From positions 5,332-69,331 of the IMG/VR virus record IMGVR_UViG_3300029812_000129: DNA of 64,000 nucleotides; one strand, given 5' to 3'. The notes below the pieces were generated by a model. It was not told the origin of the DNA. It searched no databases and saw only the letters and a program-made list of their open reading frames with translations. This DNA comes from a virus. The position numbers were made by a program, and so were the translations under genes. Positions 10,440-20,582 of this stretch are shown here, one piece after another (within the stretch, counting starts at the first letter, position 1; every line of letters starts with the position of its first letter).

Positions 10440-10790
10440 TTATAAGCCTGTAATAATATGGAAATCTATTGTAAAATAATAAACAGTATTATTACTGGCG
10501 TACCTCCTTCTATCAAGTTTTAAAGAAGAAATTATAACTGTATAAGTATCCCCTAAATCATCTATAAGTGTTAATATTCCACCCGTTTCATACCAAGAAT
10601 TGAATTGGGTAAAAACAGCTTTAGTTAATACCCAGCCTGATGCACTCATTGTTGGAGGGGCATCTCTACCTTCTTGTATTACTGGTGCAGCATCTATTAT
10701 TTCTATTGTATGAATATTCTTGCCTCTATCAAAAGAAACAGAATCAGGATTAATTACAAAATCTATAGAGTTAAGGTTCCATCTTGCCAT
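10440..10790 (-). CDS. Distal tail (Dit-like) protein
   Basis: FVINP motif; directly after tape measure. Confidence 0.55.
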   Translation of the reverse strand: MARWNLNSIDFVINPDSVSFDRGKNIHTIEIIDAAPVIQEGRDAPPTMSASGWVLTKAVFTQFNSWYETGGILTLIDDLGDTYTVIISSLKLDRRRYASNNTVYYFTIDFHIITGL

Positions 10791-10799
10791 TTTTACTCC

Positions 10800-13787
10800 T
10801 TAATATAATCTCGGTCTTAAGCTGGTAGCATTACCGCTAACAAATACTTTTTCATCTACGCCCCTTGATATGGCTTCTTCTAATAAAGCAATGTCAACAT
10901 CTTTTGAAACATTTATTACTATATTTCTATTATCATAGTATTCCTGAGTATATCCACCCTTTAACCCTCTTCGGATCTCATACAAAGTAGGTAATTTAAT
11001 ATTTGGTAAATTAAATGATTCTTTTGCTTGCCCCTCGGATTCCTTTTGTAGCCTTTGAAGCTCAAGACGGAGAGAATAAGATTGTTCTCTTGTTAAGGTA
11101 ACCCCTTTAGCTAATTTTTTGATAGCTTCCAGTTGTTGCCCAACGGTTATCTCCCCAAGTTCTTGACGCATATCTAATATACGTTTTTCTAATTCAAATT
11201 TAGACATTTGCAATGATCTGCTTCTATCTATTATAGATGCTTCTAAATTTAGTGCTGCCGTAGCCCCTTGCGTAGCACTTATATAGTCTAATGTACTTTG
11301 TTCTAAAAATAATAAAGCACTCTCTTTTTGTAAAGGTTCTATCATACCAGCTATTTCAAGTTTTTTCTGTGCCATTACCAAATTATATTTTTCACTTTCT
11401 AAATTTTGACGAGCAGATATAATAGTCCCTTTTTGCTTAATTATATCTATTTCTTCTGTAACCATACCTAAAATCCTTTTTTCTTTTTCTAGGTTTTGAC
11501 GAGCTTTTTCTAAGGGGTCTCTTATAGAAACAAGTTCTAAATCTGCTCTTACCTTCATCATGTTAATAGCTTCTTTTTGCTTATCTGCTAATACACTATT
11601 TTCGGTAGCAATTGCTGCCAACTTTTTGGAATCATTTGTCGCAACAAAACTATCTATGTATGCACGCAAAGCAGTTAAATACTCTTCACGTGTAACCAAT
11701 CCAGCAGCAAATTTTAGCTTAGTAATATCAAGAGTATCTGCAATTCCAGCCTGTGCTTCTGTAAGTTCTTCTGCCATATTAGCTTTTTCTCTTATGGTAT
11801 CGGCAAAAACCTTCTCCTCTTTAACTAAATCTTCATCTGTAGCTCCTTTATCTATGAGTGCCTGCTTATGCTTTTTCCACATCTCAATATTATCAATATT
11901 CCCTTTTTCGATTTCTCCAAGAGTCTTGTCAAGATATTTTTGTGTTTTCTCTCCTTTTTTCATTTCCTCCCATCTACCAAGCATACTATCTAACAATTCT
12001 TCTTCTGATGTTAATTCATTAGCTTTTGCGACAGCTATCGCTTTGTTTAAATCCCTGTTTTGATCTAAAGTAAAACCAAGTTGATATAAGTCTCTCTCCG
12101 CTTTTGCCCTTACATTAGCTTCTTCTTCTATTGTCCTAACATATTTTTTTCTACCACTCGCATTATCTCTTTCTTGTTTTATTATTTTCTTTAATTGGTC
12201 TACCCTATATTTAAAATAAATTATTTCTTCTGGAGTATATAATTCAAAAGCTCTTGCAGTCATAGAAAAATCTCCGCTATAACTGACTTTTTGCGAAGGG
12301 TCTTTCTTTGGTTGTCCCATAGATGGCACAGTAAAATCAAATTTTTGTATTTCGTCAGCAACTTTCTTATATTCTGCAAGACGTTTTACCATCATAGTCA
12401 AAATATTTAAAAAACCAGAAAAAACAGATATAGCATCTTTTATTGTACCTGTTAAACCAACCTCTCCCAAAGCATGTGCTAACTCACCTGCGATCGCTTT
12501 CATCCTTGCCATACGTTCAGAGGTAGTATCCATTATTAAAGAATATTCATATATAGCACTGCCAGTAGAATTAGCAGCAGATTCCTGCATTTGTAAAGCC
12601 AAATAACTATTATTTAAAAGTGCTGCCCAAATATCGTAAGATCTTCCTTCAGCAATCAAAGTTAAGAGTTCCATTTTCCTTGCTTTATCCATTTTTTGAG
12701 TCGCAACTATTATGTTATTATAAATTTCTTCTTGAGATAAAAGTGAACCGTTTGTATTTCTAACGATAATACCATAATCTTTTAAATCGGCGGCGTTTCT
12801 ACGGATATGCATCATGCTTGTACGGATAGCTGTTGCAACTCTTGTTGGTTGAGCACCAGTTACCTTAAGCATTGTACCCATAATTCCAGTTAGCTGTTCT
12901 AAGTTCCCACCGTAAACCTTCATCAACCCAGAAGTTCTTGCTAAGGCTTTAGCCATATCTTCTATATTAACCCCAAATTTATTTTGTACTTCATTTAGCA
13001 TATCTACTATGCCAATTATTTCATTGCCTTTTAAACCTAGTGTATGATACATAGCTGTTAAATATTTAGTTGCATTACCAAGTTCCATTTCTGCTACCTT
13101 GGTTGCTAGCAAAGTTGCTGTTTGCCCAGCCATAACATCTTCTATTATTCTTGTTGTTTTGCCCCATTCGAAAGCACTTTTAGCTACATCTTCTGTTACA
13201 GCACCAAAACCCTGGGATAATCTAAAAGTAGAATCAATTATTTTATCCATATCTGCGGAACTTATTACTCTTTTTAAATCAGCAAAGGTACTTTCTAATT
13301 TAATAGCTTCTCCAACTAAACCTTTTATTGCTGCTATCGTACCAAAAATAGCTGTTGTAGCTACTGTCCATAAAAGGACTTTACCAATTATTTCACCAAT
13401 AGGTTGAGCTGTCATTGTGGCAATCATTCCTTTATATTGCCCTTTGAGACCGCCCATCTGTCTGCCAGCTTCCTTCATCGCAACATTGCCTTTATGATAT
13501 GCCTGTGCTTGTTTATTTAATGTATCAACACTTTGATCTTGAGTACTAGATAAGCCTTTATTTGCATTTTTTAAATCCCTACCTCGTTGTATCTGTTCAT
13601 CCATGGTTTTAACAGAAACAGTACCAGCTTTTGAAACATCGACTGGCTTTACTGCTTTAGCGGAAACTCCTGTTGCTTGCTCGATTTTCTTCTGCGTTTC
13701 CTGCACTTTACGGGTTGCAGAAGCAGCAGCCATATCTAGCTTACTCATATCTGCTATGAAATTAATTACAAAATCATATCGCTTCAT
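10800..13787 (-). CDS. Tape measure protein
   Basis: 995 aa, helical and Ala/Lys/Glu-rich; phage minor-tail core; follows chaperones. Confidence 0.9.
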   Translation of the reverse strand: MKRYDFVINFIADMSKLDMAAASATRKVQETQKKIEQATGVSAKAVKPVDVSKAGTVSVKTMDEQIQRGRDLKNANKGLSSTQDQSVDTLNKQAQAYHKGNVAMKEAGRQMGGLKGQYKGMIATMTAQPIGEIIGKVLLWTVATTAIFGTIAAIKGLVGEAIKLESTFADLKRVISSADMDKIIDSTFRLSQGFGAVTEDVAKSAFEWGKTTRIIEDVMAGQTATLLATKVAEMELGNATKYLTAMYHTLGLKGNEIIGIVDMLNEVQNKFGVNIEDMAKALARTSGLMKVYGGNLEQLTGIMGTMLKVTGAQPTRVATAIRTSMMHIRRNAADLKDYGIIVRNTNGSLLSQEEIYNNIIVATQKMDKARKMELLTLIAEGRSYDIWAALLNNSYLALQMQESAANSTGSAIYEYSLIMDTTSERMARMKAIAGELAHALGEVGLTGTIKDAISVFSGFLNILTMMVKRLAEYKKVADEIQKFDFTVPSMGQPKKDPSQKVSYSGDFSMTARAFELYTPEEIIYFKYRVDQLKKIIKQERDNASGRKKYVRTIEEEANVRAKAERDLYQLGFTLDQNRDLNKAIAVAKANELTSEEELLDSMLGRWEEMKKGEKTQKYLDKTLGEIEKGNIDNIEMWKKHKQALIDKGATDEDLVKEEKVFADTIREKANMAEELTEAQAGIADTLDITKLKFAAGLVTREEYLTALRAYIDSFVATNDSKKLAAIATENSVLADKQKEAINMMKVRADLELVSIRDPLEKARQNLEKEKRILGMVTEEIDIIKQKGTIISARQNLESEKYNLVMAQKKLEIAGMIEPLQKESALLFLEQSTLDYISATQGATAALNLEASIIDRSRSLQMSKFELEKRILDMRQELGEITVGQQLEAIKKLAKGVTLTREQSYSLRLELQRLQKESEGQAKESFNLPNIKLPTLYEIRRGLKGGYTQEYYDNRNIVINVSKDVDIALLEEAISRGVDEKVFVSGNATSLRPRLY

Positions 13788-13791
13788 TAAA

Positions 13792-14019
13792 TCAACCTAC
13801 TTCTATTACTTCTTTATGTTTATATGCTCCTTCGCCCTTACGTGCTTTGTCTATTCCCTTGAACCATTTAGTAAGCTTTTCATCGTCTAACCAAATATTT
13901 TTAGGTGGTATCTCATCTTTTGGTAAATTTTTAAAATAACTTAATATACGCATTGCATGTGACAAAGCAGTAACAAAACGCCATGGACAATCTACTAAAT
14001 GAGATGTTCCTTTTGGCAT
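13792..14019 (-). CDS. Tail assembly chaperone C-terminal part (gpT-like, reached by -1 frameshift)
   Basis: The -1 frame from the A AAA AAC site (14088-14094) is open into this ORF. Confidence 0.75.
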   Translation of the reverse strand: MPKGTSHLVDCPWRFVTALSHAMRILSYFKNLPKDEIPPKNIWLDDEKLTKWFKGIDKARKGEGAYKHKEVIEVG

Positions 14020-14084
14020 TATAGTTTCTAAATTATTAAATTCCTGAGCAATGCTAACAAGATTTAGAAAGGCATCACCCTGAG

Positions 14085-14726
14085 CTAGTTTTTTACTTCA
14101 TTGGCATCCTGTGAATCTAAGTTATAATAAGCATTTTGTAAATCAGTGAACAGATTACCGTGTAAACTTTCTTCCATCTCTTCCATCGTTTCGAACATTC
14201 TACTACCATCTTCGTTGACTGTAGCGTAAAAAAGCACAATCTCATTGAAAATCCTAACATAGTATGCAGTAAGCATATTATCTGTACGAATTTTCTTGAT
14301 CTGTGCTCTTAAGTCATCTATAGATTTTTTTTCTAAAGCAGGTAATTTATTAGCTTTTGCCTTAGCAAAGCTTTCTTCATACTCTTTTTTAAATTCATCA
14401 GAATTAATATCTTCTAAACCTTTTTCTTGTAGCTTTTCTTCTATTTCATTTACTAAATTAAAATCCATTGCAACTAATTCTTCTATACATGTTTCTTTAG
14501 ACATTTCAGAAATAGTATTATCTAATATAATAGATTCCTTACTATTTTTATCATCAAAACATTTAAGCATTTCTGCACGGGCAACAGTAGCCTTTTCGAT
14601 AGCTTCTATTCTTGCACCATGTGAAATAGTCTGAATATTCACCTCTGCATAATTACCTTTTCCATCTTCAATCTTAACCAATTTCTTTTTCTTATATAAA
14701 TCTTTAATATCTTTTTTTTCTCCCAT
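14085..14726 (-). CDS. Tail assembly chaperone (gpG-like)
   Basis: Between tail tube and tape measure; ends GTA AAA AAC TAG (slippery site). Confidence 0.75.
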   Translation of the reverse strand: MGEKKDIKDLYKKKKLVKIEDGKGNYAEVNIQTISHGARIEAIEKATVARAEMLKCFDDKNSKESIILDNTISEMSKETCIEELVAMDFNLVNEIEEKLQEKGLEDINSDEFKKEYEESFAKAKANKLPALEKKSIDDLRAQIKKIRTDNMLTAYYVRIFNEIVLFYATVNEDGSRMFETMEEMEESLHGNLFTDLQNAYYNLDSQDANEVKN

Positions 14727-14746
14727 TGTCCTACCTCCATATAGTT

Positions 14747-15712
14747 TTAGTGTTGAGGGAGGATTCCTTGCCCCCCCTGTAAATAAACCAAACCCTTCGG
14801 TCGTTGAAGTAATTTGGTTTTGTTGTAAGACACAGCAAAGTTGCTATCAAAAGAAGTTCTGAGTGTTATTACTTTAGCCTTTAAACTTCTTATTGACCCG
14901 ATTATTGTGCCCCTGGTTCTGTGCGAAGCTTTAACAACATCGTAGTGTCGGAAGCCATTTTTCTCTACGCAAGTCTTAGTCGGGTTATTCTCCCATATCT
15001 TTGCCCTCCTTGGTTTTATAATCCACTCAAAACAATTGATAACAGGTTTTTCATCGCAAATCATAGAGATAGCATCATTGCTATGCTTCTTTGAAAGCCC
15101 AATCTCTAGTCTTCTTTTCTTGGTTTCATATCCGAAAGTAGCCTTACAAGATAAACCTAAACTCAATATTTGCTTTCTAAGATAATTCTTGCCCTGCTCA
15201 ACTAATGAAAACCATCTACCATATCTGTATTTTGCGTGATTAAATTTAACCTCTTCAACCACAACCTGACAAATATTGATTCTCTTCCCCATATCTTTTA
15301 AAAATCGTAATGTGGAATCCTTTCTACACCTAGCAGAGGGGACTAATTTTGCAGAGATTCTATTGTTAAACCGTCTTGCCCTATATCTCAGTTTCCTTGA
15401 TCTTCTTGAACGTCTATAATTGCTTCTCTGCTTCATTAATCTTTTAACATCCTGTCTTAATTCAATTTGACCCTTAAAAACCACTTCATTGGTTTTATCG
15501 TTTACAATAGCAACCCCCACCTTTTTAGCCCCATCATCAATTCCTACCACAAAAGAGCCAACTGGATTTTTAATTGCTCTTTTTAGTTGAATCGTAAATG
15601 GCATTACCTGAACCACTTTGGCCTTGCCTGCTTTCAACAATTTTCTGCCTCTTGCTGGGTGACAGGGCAACAAGGACTTGCCTGTCTTGTCAATCACAAA
15701 TGTTTTTTGCAT
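14747..15712 (-). CDS. isrB: IsrB RNA-guided nickase (IS200/IS605 OMEGA family)
   Basis: PLMP-like N-terminus (FVID..G.SLLPCHPA.GR.LL), RuvC-I GIDDG, Arg-rich bridge helix RRSRRSRKLRYR, RuvC-II VEEVKF, RuvC-III HSNDA; no HNH; 321 aa. Confidence 0.85.
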   Translation of the reverse strand: MQKTFVIDKTGKSLLPCHPARGRKLLKAGKAKVVQVMPFTIQLKRAIKNPVGSFVVGIDDGAKKVGVAIVNDKTNEVVFKGQIELRQDVKRLMKQRSNYRRSRRSRKLRYRARRFNNRISAKLVPSARCRKDSTLRFLKDMGKRINICQVVVEEVKFNHAKYRYGRWFSLVEQGKNYLRKQILSLGLSCKATFGYETKKRRLEIGLSKKHSNDAISMICDEKPVINCFEWIIKPRRAKIWENNPTKTCVEKNGFRHYDVVKASHRTRGTIIGSIRSLKAKVITLRTSFDSNFAVSYNKTKLLQRPKGLVYLQGGQGILPQH

Positions 15713-15926
15713 TTAAGCAATCTCCTTTCGGGAAAATTTTGCTCTCGGAAATGTTGGAGTCGGATTATTCAGAACTGAGCACATTCTAACGTCCATTGTT
15801 AACTCCTAACGTAGCTGGTCACTTCACCCGCAACAGAATAGCTTATTTCCCAGCTTATCCTCGGAGCGACTAATTAAAATCGATTAGTTTTGATAACCTT
15901 CTATCAACTATTGCTAAGCTCCCTCA
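14754..15926 (-). mobile_element. Non-autonomous IS200/IS605-family isrB element (no tnpA)
   Basis: isrB plus upstream structured RNA, bracketed by 8-bp inverted repeats TGAGGGAG (14754-14761) and CTCCCTCA (15919-15926); inserted between tail tube and chaperone genes. Confidence 0.65.
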
Positions 15927-15935
15927 TTTAAGTTC
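15713..15935 (-). ncRNA. omegaRNA (HEARO-like) for IsrB
   Basis: 223-nt gap upstream of isrB with several hairpins and HEARO-like words GACCAG-CTACGTT and AACATTTCCGAGAG; boundaries approximate. Confidence 0.7.
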
Positions 15936-17159
15936 TTAAGGTTTCGATCCTCTATAAATAGTCATATTTGTATTGGCAGTAATTTTGAAATTAAATGTTT
16001 GTGTTAAATTATCTCCTACCCTTGAAGTATGGCCTTCACCAACAATCTCTACATTTGGTATATAAAGGGTCTTTAAAACAGTAGTGTTATCATCTGGATC
16101 AAGAATCTTAATTTCAATCGGAATTGCTGTATCAAAATCCTCTAATCCATACACAGGGTTTGAAGCATCTAATGCTGCCCCTGCACAAAACTTAGCAAAA
16201 GCATCACCATCTCTATCTAAGATAGAAATATCACCTGTTATTTCTGGAGTATCAATAACGACAGCGACTTTATTCTCGTTCCCCATTTCCAAAATATTAA
16301 TATTAGGATATGAAATAGAAACATTAATACTTTGAACTCTATCTAATTTTCCCGCATTAATTACTACAGGAATGTTTTTACCTTTAATGCCACTTGGATA
16401 AACCGTTTCACCTTCATGTACGGTTGAAGCGAATGTTTGCTGTGTTAAACAAGGATATATTACTTCAATTACAGCATTTAATGCAGGTACAGTACCGAAA
16501 ACTATATCATCGGTTGCTGCCACATAATTAAAGTCCTTTGTACCAGCTATTCTTTCAGCTTCACTTCCTTCATACATTTTTACGCCATCAATAACTAAGC
16601 CTATGATGTTTTTATCTGTACCATAGTTTCTGGCTCCACCATAAGTAGCTGTATCAAGCTCAAACGTAACGGTCGAGTTATCTCCAACAAACTGTTCGTA
16701 TGCAGCAGATTGATACACCCAATGCTTATTGTCTGACATAAATGTCATTGATTCCGTAGCGTTACCGTCAACGGAATAACGATAATTTAAAGCAGTCAAT
16801 TGTGCGGCATAAATAACACCAGTTTTTAGAGCTAAATCACCTATCTCTTCTCTAACAGGGAAAATAAAATTAACCTTCTTTATGTTCTCTGCTGTCATTA
16901 CAAAAGATGTAGGTGGTGTAGCAGCGTGTGGATCACCTCCATGTACTAATGTAAGTAATTCACAATTAGTGTCAAAAGCCTCTGTATCAATAGTAACATC
17001 TGGAACATCTTTTACTACTGAAACAACGGCAACATTGCCTAGTTCCTTTATATCTTCGGACGGGAAGTCCGTAGTGCTTCCTAGCGATTGCAACCTATCA
17101 ATGATGGTGCCACCAGCAGCCATCAGTATCCTATCACTTTTTAAACGAATTATAGACAT
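15936..17159 (-). CDS. Major tail (tube) protein, probable internal Ig-like insert
   Basis: Duplicated DR(L/V)QS...E(L/M)GN...V.D.P motif; position after tail terminator. Confidence 0.7.
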   Translation of the reverse strand: MSIIRLKSDRILMAAGGTIIDRLQSLGSTTDFPSEDIKELGNVAVVSVVKDVPDVTIDTEAFDTNCELLTLVHGGDPHAATPPTSFVMTAENIKKVNFIFPVREEIGDLALKTGVIYAAQLTALNYRYSVDGNATESMTFMSDNKHWVYQSAAYEQFVGDNSTVTFELDTATYGGARNYGTDKNIIGLVIDGVKMYEGSEAERIAGTKDFNYVAATDDIVFGTVPALNAVIEVIYPCLTQQTFASTVHEGETVYPSGIKGKNIPVVINAGKLDRVQSINVSISYPNINILEMGNENKVAVVIDTPEITGDISILDRDGDAFAKFCAGAALDASNPVYGLEDFDTAIPIEIKILDPDDNTTVLKTLYIPNVEIVGEGHTSRVGDNLTQTFNFKITANTNMTIYRGSKP

Positions 17160-17186
17160 ATGTTTTCACCTCCTTTTAAAAATATA

Positions 17187-17669
17187 TTATTCAAGTAAAT
17201 AAGTTTTTATATCTACTCTAATAGTAATTTGATTATATATTCTTGGAGAAGCAGTTGTATTGAGCTTATCCAAATTTTCAAAACTTATATTCCCTAATTT
17301 TATTGGTGTAGCAAAATTATAATCATATAAAGCAATATGCTTATTCTTTAAATTAATTTTTATAGCATCTGCTATATCGGATGCTTGTCCATCTAAATTA
17401 CTTTCCGTAAAAACATCTATTATAAATCTTCTTGCAGTAGCAGTCTTGACGTTACCCATTTCAAAGTCTTCATCATCTTCTGTCTGTAAAATAATAGAAA
17501 CTGCTGGTAAATTATTTAGAAAGTCAGTTGATTTATCATCGGGGTAAGCTTCATATACTGTAACATTAGTAAAGCCTCCATCGCTTAAAACAGTTACCAT
17601 GTAAGAATAAAGTTCTTGACTTATTAGGCGAGATAACCCCATCTTATTAGCCAATAGCAAACACCTCAT
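17187..17669 (-). CDS. Tail terminator-like protein
   Basis: LPAVSI, E.G, FIIDVF pattern; synteny. Confidence 0.55.
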   Translation of the reverse strand: MRCLLLANKMGLSRLISQELYSYMVTVLSDGGFTNVTVYEAYPDDKSTDFLNNLPAVSIILQTEDDEDFEMGNVKTATARRFIIDVFTESNLDGQASDIADAIKINLKNKHIALYDYNFATPIKLGNISFENLDKLNTTASPRIYNQITIRVDIKTYLLE

Positions 17670-18189
17670 TCATCGCTGCAATCATTTTACTAAAAAATCT
17701 TGCGTCTACATATTCAGAAGTTTTATCAAAATATTTATGTGCTGTAATTGGTTTGTTAACATCCATTATGTGACCGCCACTTCCAACATTTATCCATTTA
17801 TCGTGTCTATTCCTATCTTTGGTTGGTTTATGTACTCCGCCAACCTCATCAATGAAATAACCTCTATAGGTACCCTGAAGTAATTTAGTACCTTCTTCTA
17901 TTTCTTCCCAATAATGGGCTTGTGAAGTCAGAATACGTACATTCCCGATGCCCGAAGACCAAGTAGCTCTATTAAAATTACCTACTGAATTAAAGATAGC
18001 TCTTTTAAGTTGACCGCTTTGCGTCCATTCTGGTCTAACATAAGATTCTTCTAAAAATTGTACAGCTTCCATTGCCCCGTTACTTGCTATAAAATCCAAT
18101 ATTGGAGCTGTTTTAAATTTAATAGCACCAACAGTTTCTTTAATCCCTTTGGTTACTCTTTTACCGTTACACTTTACTATTACCTGCAT
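17647..18189 (-). CDS. Tail completion (HK97 gp10-like) protein
   Basis: SGQLKRAI, YWEEIEEGT; synteny. Confidence 0.55.
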   Translation of the reverse strand: MQVIVKCNGKRVTKGIKETVGAIKFKTAPILDFIASNGAMEAVQFLEESYVRPEWTQSGQLKRAIFNSVGNFNRATWSSGIGNVRILTSQAHYWEEIEEGTKLLQGTYRGYFIDEVGGVHKPTKDRNRHDKWINVGSGGHIMDVNKPITAHKYFDKTSEYVDARFFSKMIAAMNEVFAIG

Positions 18190-18505
18190 CTTCGATTATC
18201 TCATCAACCCTTCTTGCACGTTTAGAAGATTTTGCTAAATTCTCTTTTGTTCGTTTAATAAGTTTTTCAACAGAAGAATCGTTAGGCAATAATTGTTTAG
18301 CCAATATTTCTGTACTCTGTATTATTATACCATCTTTTAATGCTATTATAAATATAGCATCTCTATATAATTGGTTTATTACATTTAGAAAATCATCTCT
18401 TATTGTTTTACGGTCTTCTTTATCTATCTTAACAATATCTAATTTTTTTAAAAATCCATATATTAATGTATTTTTCCTATCCGATAATTCATTTATAACA
18501 CTCAT
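18167..18505 (-). CDS. Hypothetical protein
   Basis: ORF with GGAGG RBS inside the operon. Confidence 0.5.
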   Translation of the reverse strand: MSVINELSDRKNTLIYGFLKKLDIVKIDKEDRKTIRDDFLNVINQLYRDAIFIIALKDGIIIQSTEILAKQLLPNDSSVEKLIKRTKENLAKSSKRARRVDEIIEDAGNSKV

Positions 18506-18516
18506 ATCCTACCTCC

Positions 18517-18951
18517 TTAAATAGTCCTACCAATATATGTTATCCTATTAGTGCTTCCTCTCCCTTTAGGTATTTTAGCCTCTATCTTTATTAAATTACT
18601 TTGTATTTTAATTTTGGCTGCTTCATCTACTGAAGTTTCAAAAATATTATCTACTGTAAAGCTAACTCTACCTTCTGGTAAATAACCTGTTCTCATCATA
18701 TTTTCTTCTATACCATCTAACCAACGGATTTTGGCTAAAACAAATATAGAGGTTTCAACAACTACTTTGCCTCGCCCCCCACATGTTTCGCAGGAAGCAT
18801 CTTTGGATTCTTGCCTAATTTCATCATAATCACAATCTGGACAATCTGATAGTGCTTCATAAATAAGCTCTACATTATTGTCATCGCTTGTAAGCTTTCT
18901 TATATTATTTATTCTATTTTTAATATCTTTAGAAGAAAGCCAATTTGACAT
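18517..18951 (-). CDS. Head-closure protein with zinc finger
   Basis: CPDC...CETCGGRG; synteny. Confidence 0.55.
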   Translation of the reverse strand: MSNWLSSKDIKNRINNIRKLTSDDNNVELIYEALSDCPDCDYDEIRQESKDASCETCGGRGKVVVETSIFVLAKIRWLDGIEENMMRTGYLPEGRVSFTVDNIFETSVDEAAKIKIQSNLIKIEAKIPKGRGSTNRITYIGRTI

Positions 18952-18963
18952 TTCTATCTCCTG

Positions 18964-19677
18964 TTATCCAAATGTTTGATAAGACCCATATGCAATAGAA
19001 TCTATATATCGAAAGTAAGCTTCCTGTTTATTAAATGTACTCGCAATATACATATCTAATCCACTCATAACTTTTCTCTTTAATGCACTTATAGCATTAT
19101 CTCTTTCTCTATATAGGTTCTCTAAATAACTCTTTGTAATCGTAACAGACTTAGTATAACTTTCGCTAAGTTCTTCATCTTTCCATTTTCTTGTAGTTAT
19201 TAATTTATCTTCTACTAAACCAGATTCTACAAATGTAATAATAGCTTGTAATACTGTAATCATCTGCCACACATTGGTAGGGGTAGCTTCTAAATAAGCA
19301 TCTCCATCTACATCTCTTAAAACTACATAACCTTGATAATATAATATCTCCAATCTACCTACTGCATCTGCTAAATAATCTTGTAGTAAACCATCAGAAT
19401 AACCGTAGTATAAATAATTAGCGGTTATAGTAGTTCCGTCTGCTGGAGCAACATCAAAAGTTACTATGCCATATTCAGAATTAATGGTTATACCTAATTC
19501 TCTTACACCATCAACATAGACTTCTATTGTATCAGCCTTTAAAGGATAATATTCTAATTGAAAATCTTTTTTAGCACTTGTTCCTGTACCCAAAAATTCA
19601 TTTCTTATCGGTTTTCCTATATCTCTTATCCCTCTTGCAAAAACAGGAATAAGTGTTTTTAGATAAAATTCACTCAC
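18964..19677 (-). CDS. Head-tail adaptor with Ig-like insert
   Basis: GTG....FQL...VYVDG...G.VTF..AP..G..ITA.Y insert within a helical adaptor. Confidence 0.55.
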   Translation of the reverse strand: MSEFYLKTLIPVFARGIRDIGKPIRNEFLGTGTSAKKDFQLEYYPLKADTIEVYVDGVRELGITINSEYGIVTFDVAPADGTTITANYLYYGYSDGLLQDYLADAVGRLEILYYQGYVVLRDVDGDAYLEATPTNVWQMITVLQAIITFVESGLVEDKLITTRKWKDEELSESYTKSVTITKSYLENLYRERDNAISALKRKVMSGLDMYIASTFNKQEAYFRYIDSIAYGSYQTFG

Positions 19678-19686
19678 AATACCTCC

Positions 19687-19932
19687 TTATTCTGGTAAAA
19701 TATTTTTAGTATTGCTTCTACCAATTATATTAGGCAATAATTCTTTTTTGCCTATAGTGTTTGGTAAGCCAATAGATCTTTTTATAGTATTAATTAAAAA
19801 ATCTATTCTTTTAATACTTCTAATTATTCGTATATATGTTTTTACCAATCCATAAGTTAAGTACGTTATTGGATTAAAAACATCTTCCTCAACTACAAAT
19901 CCATCTGTAGATATGCTTAATCCGTCTATCAT
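19687..19932 (-). CDS. Hypothetical virion protein
   Basis: Coupled ORF in structural operon. Confidence 0.4.
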   Translation of the reverse strand: MIDGLSISTDGFVVEEDVFNPITYLTYGLVKTYIRIIRSIKRIDFLINTIKRSIGLPNTIGKKELLPNIIGRSNTKNILPE

Positions 19933-20582
19933 TTTTTCACCTTAGTAGTTTCATTAGTGTTGTCCGTTAAATCAAAACTAACAATTAATGTAGTCATGGC
20001 TGCATCTTCATATAGAGATAATACATTGGTTGATTTATCATAATTTATAGTGGCATGTAGTAATTTCTCTATATCCAATGTTTTAGTATTTACAGTATTT
20101 AAAAGAGTTTGTTTAGCTAATATTGTAGATGCTTCTATTTCTAATAGAGTTGGTTTAGTATCAATCTTAGTTTCGTTAGCATTTACATTTGTTTCAGAAG
20201 CTGGGTCGGCAGGCAAGTTATCGGTTTTAAATTTAATCGCATCCGCAACCGTGTCTATCTCATCTAAGGTTTGTCCAGATGTATAAATAACAATAGGAGT
20301 AGTTTTGGCTCCTACTGTGGAAGTCTTAATAATTAAAGCAATCGAATCTGCGGTTGTTTCTGTTGTAGTTAAAGTTAGAGCATACATACCCACACCTACA
20401 GGAGTAGCAGCATTATCGGTTAATTGAACAGCTTCATTTGTGCAATCTGCAAAAGTGCCCCCATCTTTAGATATTTCACTATCAAGGTCTGCTGCATCTA
20501 TAACTAAATCACCATCTGCATCTAAAATAGGAAATATAATTGTTGCTGCTGCTCCTTTTTTCACGGGGAATTGTGTCGCCAT
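19929..20582 (-). CDS. Virion structural protein (fibre/appendage-like)
   Basis: ISKDGG..F, G.Y.LTLT..E motifs; Thr/Ala-rich. Confidence 0.45.
   Translation of the reverse strand: MATQFPVKKGAAATIIFPILDADGDLVIDAADLDSEISKDGGTFADCTNEAVQLTDNAATPVGVGMYALTLTTTETTADSIALIIKTSTVGAKTTPIVIYTSGQTLDEIDTVADAIKFKTDNLPADPASETNVNANETKIDTKPTLLEIEASTILAKQTLLNTVNTKTLDIEKLLHATINYDKSTNVLSLYEDAAMTTLIVSFDLTDNTNETTKVKK

Noticed and set aside
14747-15712. IscB or Cas9 call
   Set aside because: No HNH between RuvC-II and RuvC-III and only 321 aa, which fits IsrB
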